Source: Takakia lepidozioides
Lineage: Eukaryota; Plantae; Bryophyta
Assembly: GCA_030704615.1 (NCBI GenBank)
Contig: CM060732.1
Location: 61,256,001 to 61,320,000 of the forward strand
Reading direction: 5' to 3'
Length of the DNA: 64,000 nt
Shown here piece after piece: positions 12,380-24,094 of this stretch (its first letter is position 1; every line of letters starts with the position of its first letter). Position numbers and translations under genes: made by a program. The notes below the pieces were generated by a model. That model was not told the origin of the DNA. It made no database searches and saw nothing but the letters and a program-made list of their open reading frames with translations.

Positions 12380-13378
12380 TTTTCCAATTCTTTTGCAGCT
12401 GCATTTGCACTCTTACCTCAACATATCCATATGCAAAACTTCCATTTTGGGCCTAACATTTGTCATTTCCATTGCTTGTCCCCAGTTACATCCAAGGAAC
12501 GAATTTTAAAAGAGGAACAAGAGCTGCGTGATTGGGAAGAATGGCGGGCGTGCCGGGAGGCTTCAAGGGCATCAAATAGAGTTGGCAGTAATATTTCAGA
12601 TGACAGTGTCAGCCGGTTTCACCTTCCTGAAAGTATCTCCGTGTCCTTTGGAGCGGAGACTGTTGCAAGTGGCTGTGGTAACCGGAGGCGTCTTCGGACA
12701 CATGCCTTGACTGTGAGCTGTTTGGGAGGAGGCTCAGTATTATCAATGAGTTAGTGTAAGCCGTAACGGTTCTATGGCTTTAGAATCTATGGCTTGTATG
12801 GCATTAAGTCCATGAACGGATAGACAGTTGACGTTCATTTTTCTGTTGGTCCATCGCCTTGAATGATATAATCTCAAATAAAATATGAATGTTTCATATC
12901 ATCAATCAGATCTCGACAGACTCGTTTTTCCATGTTGTCTTCTTCATCACATGCCATCATTGTTTCATATTTGGTTCTGCCATTATTCCATGTTTGTTTC
13001 TGTATGTCATTTTGGATATCGGAGCTCTCATCATTGTTTGATTCATTGCATCCTCCCATTCTTTTTAATGAACATCAACTTGGCAGTGGATGTTCATCTA
13101 AGACTACAATACATACTTGTATTTTTGCGTAGAATGTGTGGAGGATTACATAATTTGTTGTTATATAGTGCACAAATAGTCAAATAATTATAGATATATC
13201 TCTTTATTTCTATTATAGATTATAATTATTCATATATCTTGTATTATTTCTGGACCAAACAAAAGTCCAGAATTAGTTAAAATAAAGTTATATAAAGATT
13301 TCCTTCAAGAGCCTTCAAGTCCCTTCTAAGGGGGTCTCTCTTGTGACGCCGGGGAGTTGCAATCTCCATAGCCTTAGT

Positions 13379-13412
13379 GCCCAGCCCCAGCCCCAGCCCC
13401 AGCCCCAGCCCC
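13379..13412 (+). repeat. (CCCCAG)n microsatellite in the CACTA right arm
   Basis: About five tandem units are directly visible. Confidence 0.9.
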
Positions 13413-14054
13413 AACATTGTCGCCGTTGTTGCACCCCCCCCCACGGCCAGGCGCCCCAAGTGACGTCCTTGTGATGACCTAAGTTGCCCACAACACCATT
13501 ACGACCCCTTGGCGTCGCAACGTTGGGCGTCCCAGCACAGGGCACCCCCAGCGACGCTTTTGTGAAGTTAAGGGCCGCAAAGCCCAAAAAACAAACAAAC
13601 AAACTCCCACTATGGTGATGCTGTTGCGACGCCCTGACGTCGCAGAGGCGCCCTTAGTGACACTTTTGCGACGCCGAGGCGTCGCAACGTCGAAAAAATA
13701 AAAATAAAAATTGGATTTCCGACGTCGGGGCGTCGCAAGAAAAAAAATCCGTCGCCGTGAGGGTCCTCTTTCCCCCTTCATGTCACCTTACGACGGCTGG
13801 GCGTCGTAAGGGTGTCACAGCGGGGGATTGCGACGCCGAGGTGTCACAGGGGGATTGGAAATCCGTCGCAACGAGGGCATCTTTCCCCCTTCATGCCACC
13901 TTACGACGGCTGGGCGTCGTAACGGTGTCACAGCAAGGGATTGCGACGTTGGGGCATTGCAAAACAACACCGCGGGCTCGACGTCGCAAGCTCAGCGCCG
14001 CGCGGGGCGTGGGGGCACGGCTGACGTCGCAAACCCCCCTCATTTGTTGTAGTG

Positions 14055-16810
14055 GCCCAACTGCCGATGAAAGCTGACGGGGCGGTAGTGACAGTGGACA
14101 AAAGACCTACACCACCGGAAGAGACGGGCAATGTGGCTTGCTGTCGTGGCAAAAGTCCCTAAGCACCCTCCAGAGCTCCTGATCCTAACAATCTCTCGAA
14201 GATAGTCATCATGGTAGTATCAAACCCAGATAAGAGGTGTAGGAAATCTGGGCTGGGTGGAACAGTGCGCAAGAGAGACATCCTGGTGGAGTGCATCTTC
14301 CAAGAAGGACGTTGTGAACTGGGTGGTGCCAAAAGGGACTCCCAGGATTCTGATGCCATTGGGCGGAGTAATGAAGTGAGCATGGAGGACAAAATCTGCA
14401 GGGAGACCGGACGGAGACCACACCGCACATTTGCGAGGTTGCACTGAAAGGACCACGGCAGAGAGTTGGGTGACAAAATGATGGTAAGCTGAAAGCGGTT
14501 AAGAACCTCTCCAACTGCGATAGGGCGGATGCCAATACCTGAGAGTTTGCTCATAGCCAACAATCTGGAGGCCCCAAGGAGACGGGCCACTGGGGCAGAG
14601 ATACGGCCAGCAACAATAAAGGAGCAAATCTGAAATAGTTGAGAGAAGCCACTAGCAAAGTCCTGTGGAGAGAAACAGTCGCGTAAGTGCTCATACATGA
14701 GACCGGAAGGACCTGCCGCTGCAAGATGGGGACTGCGCGTGAAGGCATGAGTGAAGACCTCTCGATCTAGCTTGAGATCCTGGTCTGGCTCGAAGTCCTC
14801 GACAAAAAGCGGCAGAATATCCTGAGCTGATGGGTGAAGGGCTTCGAGGGCAGTGACAGTATCCGCTGATGGAGGCGCTGGTGTGGAAGGTGCTAAAGCC
14901 TTGGCCGCGCGTGAGTACTCGCCAACGCGGCCTAACATGAGACTATGACGAAGACACCTGTGGGCCGATGAGGGTGGCTGCGTGGAGGAAGCGGGAGGGG
15001 CGCGTGCCGCAAGGACTAGTGCTCGTAATTGATGCTCATCATGCAGACTCTCCCAATCTCCAGATAAAAAACGGCAAAGGTGGATGCGCGTCTCTCTGTG
15101 CCCTGACTGACTGCCATAATGGGGCAAAACCAAACGCCACTGAGGAAATAACAAGAAAAGATACCATACTGGTATATCAGCAGGATCACGAGCCAGCCTG
15201 TCTAAGGGCAGACGGAGTGCCAGTTGGACCTCATGACGCAGTGCCACCGGAATTCTTGTATAAAGACGAGGCCTTGGCAGTCCTAGCTGAAATACGCCCA
15301 GTACATCTAGAGCTAAAAACCAATGCCATGCAGAGGTAGGAGGTGGCGCGTGCAACACACTGGGCTGAAATGGAGAAGTACCATTTGTGTGGGACTGATG
15401 AAGAGCCGCACACGTGCGCTGGTGTCGCGCAAGCCCTCTGATGCGCGCAAAAAGACGACCGCAAGCTGGGCATGGGGTACGGTCTGATGGGATAGGCGCT
15501 TGCTGATGGGGTAAGAGTGATGGGGTCGGCATTGCAGGCTGCACAACTGGAGAAGAAGGTACGTGAAGAGGCTCATGACCAAGTGGAGTTAGGCTGCCTT
15601 GAAGCCGCTGCCGAGAATGGGATGGAGAACCTGGAGGAGAAGTGACTGGCGTGGGACCTCAAACCTTACCTGAGAGGCGCAGTGGGGTAGTTGCAGGGTT
15701 GAGTGGACCAAAAACGGCAAATCCTGCTTCATGAAAGTCCATGACAAAAAAAACAAAAAGTTGATGATACTATCCAAAATATTTTTTTAGTGATAGATAA
15801 TGGTGTACTGAACATATTTAGTAAAGAGTTATATCCCAAATATTGAATATATAATTCATTAAATATTTTAGTCTATTATTTAGAGAAATTATGAAAAACT
15901 AAAAATTAGAGTTAAAAACATTCAATATGCCACCTAGCCATTGAAGATTATAGGTTTTAATACTTCTAGAAAAAAAAAGATACCCAAAATCCATAAAACA
16001 AGATGAGCTATGGATTTTTCAAAAAAACGCCTATTTTTTGACATATATTAGTCCATATGAGTCAAATGACAAATGATTTTGCCACTTCCTATGATGTGGA
16101 CCAAAATGGCCACCTTAAGTCCAAATTTCAATGGAATTCACCATTGGCACATATATGAACTTGAGTCCATTGTAATTCCATTCACAGCGGTAACAGTCCA
16201 CAATGACGGCGTTCGAAAGTCCATAACAAAGTCATTTCTTATCGGATTCATGATTGGAGAGTTGCTATGGGTGCGTATTGAAGCTGGGAATCCAATGACA
16301 TATATATTTTCTGGTTTTAATGAGTTAATTCAAATTCAATTGATGACACCATCAATTACAGTCATCTAAAATTGTGCTGGTAACGTCCATTTTGGTCCAG
16401 TCAACCCTGCATTCACCCAATGGGGGAGGGCTCAACAAACACTGTGGAAGTTCTTCGGTCGGTGGGGCGCCAATGGAAGAACCTGGAATCAGCGGTGGAG
16501 AAGACCGTTGTGAAGAGGACGACTCTTCTTGAACTTGGTGTCTGGAGCTTGGACTCTGGTGCGCATCAGAAACATGTGACCTAGGGGTAGGGGTACGTTG
16601 GCGTTAGGGTCTTCCAAGAGGAGCAGGTCTTCCAGCAGGAGCAGTTGCGGCTGTGTTCAGCACATCTCGTTGCTCTGGGGAACGAACTGACAAGGATGGT
16701 GGAATAGGCAGTAAAGGGGTTGTGGTGAGGGTTGGAACTGGCTGGGTTTTGCTATCCTTCCCACTAGCCCCTCGTCTCTTTGTCATTTTTTTTGCGCCTC
16801 CGCTATTTTG
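14055..16810 (-). mobile_element. CRE-clade non-LTR retrotransposon, 5' part (C2H2 finger, RT N-terminus), RT core missing
   Basis: CPACGRLFARIRGLARHQRTC, AAGPSG, LLGASRLLAMSK..GIRPIAVGEVL, then directly SAYHHF..SVQPRKC..GIRILGVPFG. The Pro/Ser-rich ORF at 16430-16786 may be the N-terminus, beyond an AT-rich insert at ~15745-16410. Confidence 0.75.
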
Positions 16811-17100
16811 CGGCTATCTTTCAGGAGCTCCGTTCAGCCGAAGGAGATTTCCACCAGCTCATTCTGTTTGTTCGATTATACTATGCATCCACCACTCCCA
16901 TATACTACAGTCATCATTCTCGCCTAGGTTAGTGCTCCATCATTCAGTCCGAGGTTGGGACCCGCCAAGGCGACCCTTTAGGAGGACCTTTGTTTGCCAT
17001 GGCTCACGTCCGCGCCCTCACGGCTTCTGCACAAGTACACTCGTCTTGTCTTTTTCCGTCGGTGGCAGACGACACGCACATTGTAGGCCCTGCCCCACAA
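16811..17100 (+). pseudogene. Displaced, inverted RT-core fragment of the CRE element
   Basis: Translates AAIFQELRS..FVRLYY..SEVGTRQGDPLGGPLFAMAH..FPSVADDTHIVGPAPQ, with one internal stop. Confidence 0.8.
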
Positions 17101-18535
17101 GACTCTACTGATTTAGTTACAGCCGCCGCCATGGCCAAGACCTCTGTTCATCTCGCTGCTACGCATCGATCCTTTCACACTGATCGTGGACACCACCACA
17201 CTCTCTACCCCCTCTCTCTAGCGCTTTTGTTAAGCTTTACTTTGCTTGATTCCATGAAGTTTTTCACTTTTCAGCTCAAAAGCGGTGTCTCCGCTATGAA
17301 CGTAACAAGCTGCTATGAGGAACTTTACATGCTCAGATGGTCACACCAACAGCTTTTTACTTTGGCTCCCCAATACTGCACTCTCCAAGCACCTGAATGC
17401 TCGTCCTTACCACTGTATCAGTTCGAAGGTATCAGCTCCCCGAATGATCAGCATGCGCCGACCTTGGTCTGACCTTGAGCCGAAGAAGCCCACCTGACGA
17501 TTTTGGAGAAGCTGAGACCTGTTTAAATGTCCGGTTTACCATCTCTTCCCCCGTGCCAACCCTTGCGAGCGATGTGTGCAGCTCCTGCTACGACATGGCT
17601 CAAGCAAGATGCAACTAGGTACTTAATGTGACACATGCAAGAGTCCACATTTTGCTTTTTGAATGCTTTTTGAACCCAGAGGAACGGCAGTGGAAGTCCT
17701 GGCAACCTGCTGAAGGCCTGCTGATTGGTTGATGGATCGTAAACGGACACCCTCACCTACCACACGGGAGGAAAGTTAGGGAACTTTTTTGTCGTGATCT
17801 ACTCCTTCCAGCCATGGAGTTCATCTGAGTCATTCATTTTTGCTTCTCAAATTTGTTCATGTGCCTGACTGCTGCTCATGTGGTACCGTTGTTTTGTTTT
17901 TACCGACGTTGGCCTACTCTCCATAACATCACTACATATGCTACAATCCTAGCCGCGGACTTCCATGTCACTAGAGCTCAGCTCGTGCCGCTCGTGTGGT
18001 AAGACCCTAAGGTAGTTGGAGACTTTGGGAGTCTTTGGGGTAGGGTTGGGCAACCCGCTCTTAGAAGGTGTCCACCTTTCAAAAGGGAAAGCATAGTCCT
18101 TTGAGTGGAAATCACACCACAAAATGAGCTTGCTTCAACAAGAGTCTTCCTCTTCTTCACTTTTGGCCAATGAAGCTCGGCCAGGTGGCTTTTGAAAGCC
18201 CTCAATTTGGGCTGCAATATTGCAACGTGGAGCTCTTCACTCAGTCAGACCTCAGTGCAAGAAGTTATGGATGTTTGAAAAAAGGGTAAGTAGAATGATG
18301 GGTTAGCTTTTCCCTATGCAAGTCCCCGGAACTTAGCGGGGTGGTTGAGGCCCCATAAGACTATCAAAACTGGTCCAGCAACGTGCGGGAATTTTCACAT
18401 ACCTATTCCATGGCTCTTGGTGGGCCACGGAAACGCTATCTTGGGAAGAATGTCGCGTACAGATTCTGGAAGGCAGGGGTTGTCGTACCAAGAAAATGCC
18501 CAGAAATTCCAGTTGTACAATTTCTAGATGTTTCG

Positions 18536-21500
18536 ATGCGGCTGCGGCTTCGAACTCTCATAATGACCTCGCCCTGTGCTATGAGCAGTTGGTCAGCCAC
18601 AGCATTCTCCCTGTTGCCTCTTTCCTCTTCGTCCAAAGCCTGCCTCTGCCTACCTAGGTTGAAAGCTGCGCCTGGGTCGGTGAGCTCCAGAGCAACCCAG
18701 GCTTCGAATTCGTCAGTCTGGGTTCGTAGGTTGGTGGGTGGGTCGGTTTCTGGACCGAAGTATCCTTTTTCTCCTTCACTGTCACCGTTGCCGAGGTTCT
18801 CCAGTATGGGTGGGAATGCCTCTACAGCTGAGGTGGCGGAGAAGAGCGTCCATGAGTTCACTGTGCAGGTGTGGTTTTCCTTCTGGTTCTTGCAGCAGGA
18901 ATGTCAACCTTAGCCAGTTTTGGTGGGTTTTCCTTAGCTTGATTCGGTGCGGAAGATTTGATGTTTGGTTTAGTTCCTTCTAGACTAAAGCGAAGGCATC
19001 TGGGAAATTTCACGAAAGTGGTCGTATGTATCTCGCCTTACAATACAGTCCGTCAGGCCTGGATTTGATGAGCTTGGTTGTGGGTTACCGAAGCCCCATC
19101 ACCAAAGGCTGTTAGGGGTCTGCCTATACCAGGATGGCGCACATGAGCCTATGAATTTTCGCTTGCTTGGGAATTGATTCGATCTTGTCATATTTTTCCC
19201 ATGCTTTGCGTTTTAATGGGGTTCGGGTTTCAATCTCTTCACCTATCCTGTGTCGTGTGAACATGGTGAAACGACTGTATCTTCTCTTAACTGGCTGTAA
19301 AAGTTGATTAGGGCTGCATTTCAATGCTGATGTTAGTATTTTCCTTTCTACTGTAAAGTAAATGCCAACCCCCAGATCCAAGTCATAATTTTTCGTATGG
19401 CACTCAAGGGCTATGGCAAATTAAATTGTCTGGCTGATTTCATGATCTGGTGGGTTAACACTCACAATGACTTATGGTTAATGCATCATGGGGTCATCAC
19501 AATAGTAACACCTTTGCCAAGTGTCTCAGGAAACTGTCAATGACTGCATGTTTAACGTCATGGTTCAGGTTCTTCTCTTGAATATATGGCTTCTTGGTTA
19601 CTTTTTGTGCTGCAGTGATATTTGAGTCACCTTTTCAATATGGCAATTGCGTTGCAGGAGGGGTTGAGAAGGTCAAAGTCCTAACATGGTAGACCAAGCA
19701 GAGAATTCTGGTTCAATTGAGGGCTGTATTGGCAACTGTGGGTAGTATTCAAACTGCTCACAGGCTTGGTGTAATTCAGTATTAGTGGTGATACAAGGCA
19801 ATTGTTTTGCATGTGGCCCTGTTCCACTGATATTGGTCACATAGTAGTAGACATCCAAGTAAAATATTGATTGCAATCATGCTTTACAATGGACCCTATA
19901 CTTATCTGTTGGGTGACTATCTTGGCGTGGCACTACCATGGTTCTTTCTCACAAGGAAAAATGTCCCATTGGTGAGGACGAGCTTTAGTCTAGCTGGCTC
20001 AACAGACAAGTGTCATGTCGAGTGCTGGCAGGTGAAAGAAAATATAGCTATGGTGCTGCTTTGGACGTTGCACATAGCCCGGTGATTTTAGACCAAATGA
20101 CAGTGGAATTGTGATGGTTGTTGTGCTGTGAGAGGAGAGAAGAGACAGGTCTGTTTGCATGTCTCACTTCACCGTGGTAGGGGGTGGGATGCAGGACATT
20201 GATGGAAAAAATGTGGAGCTGAACACTTACAAGGATAAAGTGCTACTGATTGTCAACGTTGCCTCCCAATGGTATTCTCTTTTTCTGGTCATGTACTCTG
20301 TGCGTGCAACTGTTGAGTGTAACGCAAGTGCTGTTCCAAATGTGAATGTATACTTAACAGAGCTTGTGTAAACATTTACATTTTACAGTCTACTTTCCTA
20401 TGCAAGTGGTCTGTGATTTAGGATGGGCTGATGACAGCTTGATGGAGATCAGAAATTGTCGTGTTCTTGTCCTATATGACTGATTCCAAAGTCGGTTTCC
20501 AATCAATCAAATGATTTGAGTGTTTGAAGCTCTGCATTGGAATGTACTCTTCACCGCTGGTTCAATATAACCACATGTGAAAGATAAGACCAAGACGCAG
20601 GTCTGCACACTAGGTGGCAGGTCCTCATAGGTCCTGCAATATTTAAGACATCAAAGTCCAGAGAAAGTAATGCACTCATTCATTGGCTAGGGGATACCTG
20701 GAGGGCTTGGTCCCATGATGCTAACCCTCCTGGAGCAAGAGGGTGGATGAACCTTAGCGATCTGTAGTGGTGGAGGTCTCTTTCTGTCGATAGAAGAAAG
20801 GTTACCTTCCTACACTGGACTTCCTTGCACAGGAAATACTTGTCACTTCTTAAAGCTCGCAAACAGCAAGACCTCAAAAGGTTCTGAAATTACATTTTTG
20901 ACAAACACTCCCATCCAGAATATGTTGGTATTTAAATGACTAAATTCCTCATATTGGGTCCAGCATTGTGAGCATTGCTGAGTGCGGTATTATCACATCA
21001 AGTCCTCTAGGTTTTCAAGGCTTTTTATCTTCTAAGCTCTTCTTTACCTTGGATGTGGCTATTCTATTAAAAAATTTGGTTACCCCTCAAGTAAGTTTAA
21101 AGTCTACTGGGTTCTTATGTTGATGTATATGGGTTTCCTTGGAGTGTCTGACAAATTGTGTGCTTCTTGGATGGGCTGAACAGTGGGTTGACTCAGACCA
21201 ATTACACGGAGCTCACAGAAGTTTATGACAAGTACAAAGGGAAAGGTGAGGGGCTTGTTTCTTCTTATTTCCCCAGGAAGGCTGAGGGATGACCATAGGG
21301 ATGTAGTATTGCCCTCTTGATTTCTGCGCTTCTTTCATCTAGTTGTGACATCTGCACCAATACAGCACATATTTTTCTCATGCCACTTCAGGAAGGCAAT
21401 AATTGGTCAGATGATCTCGCAGAGAGTACCATTTCGTGGCACCTTCAGAGTCGAAACCATGTGCAGACCATGAAGATGTCTCTTCTCTGAGAACAGATCC

Positions 21501-23618
21501 TGCCACTTAGATATCCTTGCTCCTCCATGAGCAAACGGTCTCCCCTTTTCTTTATCCCTCCTTCATCTTCTAAGCTGGTTGATGGCCACCATCTTTGGAC
21601 TAGCATAATTATAGTAGTTACTCTGTTACCGCATGTAACTACGGTGCCATGCGCTCAGAATCTCTATGGAAATTCCATAAGATGAAAGGTTCATCTGTTG
21701 TGATTTTTTTGCCTTCTTCTATTTACTTGCCTGCGATAAAGCATCTGAAATTGACCATATACCATACCACGGAAGAAAAGGATCGAAAACAAAACACTGG
21801 AAGCACGGCTTCTTTTTCGTTCGAACTAGGACTATTGGTTGGAAATCTTATGTGTTTTCAAGTATAAGAGTACCTTGGTAGTACCGGTGAACTAGACTTT
21901 CACAATCCAAGTTAGCTAGTTGAGTGTGAACACTGATAACATTGTGTGCTTGGTGTTGTAGACTTTGAGATCTTGGCATTCCCATCAAACCAATTTGGAG
22001 GCCAGGAACCTGGGACAAGCGACCAAATCAAGGAATTTGCATGCAGCAGGTTCAAGGCTGAGTTTCCCATTTTCGACAAGGTACTCTTACCCCACTCCCT
22101 CCTCTCTCCCTGTGACGAATGGGTTTATTGTTTCTAAATGTCTCTCAACTCAAAGACCGCATGGAGTAAATCCCAATCTTGCAGGGAGCTATGACAATTA
22201 GGTGTGTAGAGATTGTCATTCATCCATGAAGGGTCCTATCCTGTGGGGTCCTTCACAGTATTGCTAAGGCATTTGTGTAATGTGCAGATACTGTCAATTT
22301 ATGCAAAGTGGATAATCATTGGTTGTCAATGGGACTGCTTAACTAGCTGGTAGTTCAAAACTGTACAGTATTAGTGCGTTCTTGTGCTTCAGCTCCCTCT
22401 GACCCTCCGTCTGGCATTTTAGCTTTGAAGCATCCAGTAACATGATCCACATGTAGAATACATTGTAATTTTGCAGTCAGTAGATTATTTTCTGAGCTGG
22501 AGGATTATGTGATTGGCAGATTGATGTGAATGGACCAAACCAAGCACCACTGTACAAATTTCTGAAGGCTAGCAAAGGGGGAATACTGGGTGACAATATC
22601 AAATGGAACTTCTCCAAATTTCTGGTCGACAAAAATGGCAAAGTTGTGCAGCGTTATGCCCCATACACACCCCCATCTAAAATTGAGGTAATTTGCTGCT
22701 TTTTCTATTTGCTCTCTCTGTGTCTCTCTCTCTCTCCCGCTCAAACTGGGTGCGGGGTCAATGGCCACAAGGCTACGGCAAACAACGTCTTATGAGTACA
22801 TTCTCTTTGTCTCTCTCATGTCCCTTGGGTCCTTTGGCTTCCCCCCCGATGTAATAGTTTCCCTCCTTCCTTTGTCTCTCTGTCTTCACACAGTGAGGCA
22901 CACCTCATACAGCCTTGTGGCCCTGAAATTGTGGGAGGGTCAAGCCCCCTTCAGAGTGGGGTAGCAGACATGAGCTAGTGGCCTCCCAGCAATGCCGAAA
23001 TATTCAACCCAGTAAGCGAGGGTTCTTCCATTGCATGGTAGTGTGCTGCATGGACCACCAAGGATGTCCCCAAAACCTCCTTTGCTTTTCCCTTTGTGGC
23101 AGCCTCTGGTCTTGCTCTCTTCTTCCTGGCCCTTTTGGGGTCTAATTGCTAGGCAGCTGACACACAGCAGATTGATGCTGTGTGAAGGGCTTTCTAGTGG
23201 ATATCTGGAAAGCCTGAACTCATTGTTTGCATCAAGGTAAGTGCCACTACCAGAGTGTTCCCTCTTGTTCCACCCAAAAAGGGCATGGGGTCCATGGCCA
23301 CAAGGCTATGGCAACCAACGTCTCATGAGTACATTCTCTTTCTCTTTCTCAAGTGCCCTTGCCTTTGGGTTGGGATTCTGCACTCTTGGTGGTGGACAAA
23401 AACCCTATTAGTGTCTCTGTGAGGCCTAGTTCTTCTGGGGCAAGATCCTTGACTGTATATGTCATAGGCAACCTTAATCTCAGCTTAATATCACTCTGAA
23501 AGGGGGCTTCATTAGCTTATTTTAGGAACTCACGAATTAAAGGGATATACTTGAAGCTCTTTGTGCATATGTTGGATTATGAGTGCAGAAGGACATCAAA
23601 AAGCAACTGGGTCTGTAA
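18536..23618 (+). CDS. GPX: Plant glutathione peroxidase (thioredoxin-dependent, PHGPx-like), 6 coding exons
   Basis: Exons: 18536 (or 18806)-18868, 20195-20271, 21184-21245, 21962-22080, 22520-22687, 23589-23618. All introns are GT-AG, and internal exon sizes 77/62/119/168 match the plant GPX pattern. Motifs: [36 protein letters not shown]. Ends KDIKKQLGL*. Confidence 0.95.
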
Positions 23619-24094
23619 GACATGGATCATGCAAGCACCCTGCTCAAGCAGTGAAAATGGCTTTCTTGTGGGAGGAGGCAGGCTAAATGTATGTAGTTGG
23701 TCTTCTGCATTGCCTCTAGATTAGGGAGTGCGTAAGGCTGGAGAGGTGGTAAATTTATAGATTTGACAGTCCCCTCTCTCTCTCTGACCTGCTCAGAAAT
23801 AAGGAAACTCTGTAAACTCTGTACTCCGTTCCTCTTGCCTAGACTGCCATCGCCTTTTAGTGCACATTTGAACCTGTAGAGGATTTTTTCACCAAATACA
23901 CTCCCAGCTGAATTCAGCAGCTGAAATAGCTACTACTCAGATCTATATCAGATACCCAAGGGCACATAATTCTCAATTTGCATCACTTCTTACTTCCGCA
24001 ACTCATTTTACTGTAGACATGCTACGAAGAGAGAAGTCTAGTTAGACTAATGTATGTCCATTCAACCTTGGTGGACACTTCAGTAGTATATAAT

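Larger units (their letters stand above)
6994..13288. mobile_element. 6.3-kb TIR DNA transposon with an atypical DDD-type transposase and FCP1-like cargo
   Basis: The 29-bp TIRs accctattttaactaattctggacttttg (6994-7022) and revcomp of 13260-13288 match at 27/29. TATA flanks both sides (6990-6993, 13289-13292). The motif tc(c/t)ggaccaaac lies just inside both ends. Confidence 0.8.
6484..14054. mobile_element. Non-autonomous CACTA/EnSpm element (~1.3 kb of its own sequence) with a nested insertion
   Basis: Starts CACTACAGGAAAAGAGGGG and ends CCCCTCATTTGTTGTAGTG. The 3-bp TSD GCC sits at 6481-6483 and 14055-14057. Many ttgcgacg/cgtcgcaa subterminal repeats occur at both ends. It splits the CRE element. 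Confidence 0.92.

Noticed and set aside
13500-14040. CRISPR-like array (repeated ttgcgacg/cgtcgcaa)
   Set aside because: The motifs are short, in both orientations and irregularly spaced, as expected for CACTA subterminal repeats. No cas genes are present and the context is eukaryotic.
6484-14054. Autonomous CACTA encoding a novel transposase
   Set aside because: The coding regions lie within a separate inner TIR pair (6994-13288), and no TnpA/TnpD motifs were seen. The CACTA is better read as a non-autonomous shell.
15745-16410. MITE in the CRE 5' region
   Set aside because: It is AT-rich with a 12-bp inverted pair (ggaccaaaatgg/ccattttggtcc), but I could not define termini or a TSD.
17110-17800. 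Additional gene upstream of GPX
   Set aside because: Only short ORFs with no recognisable motif were found in the frames tried.
20268-21186. Selenocysteine GPX
   Set aside because: The catalytic codon across the intron is TG+T = TGT (Cys), not TGA.
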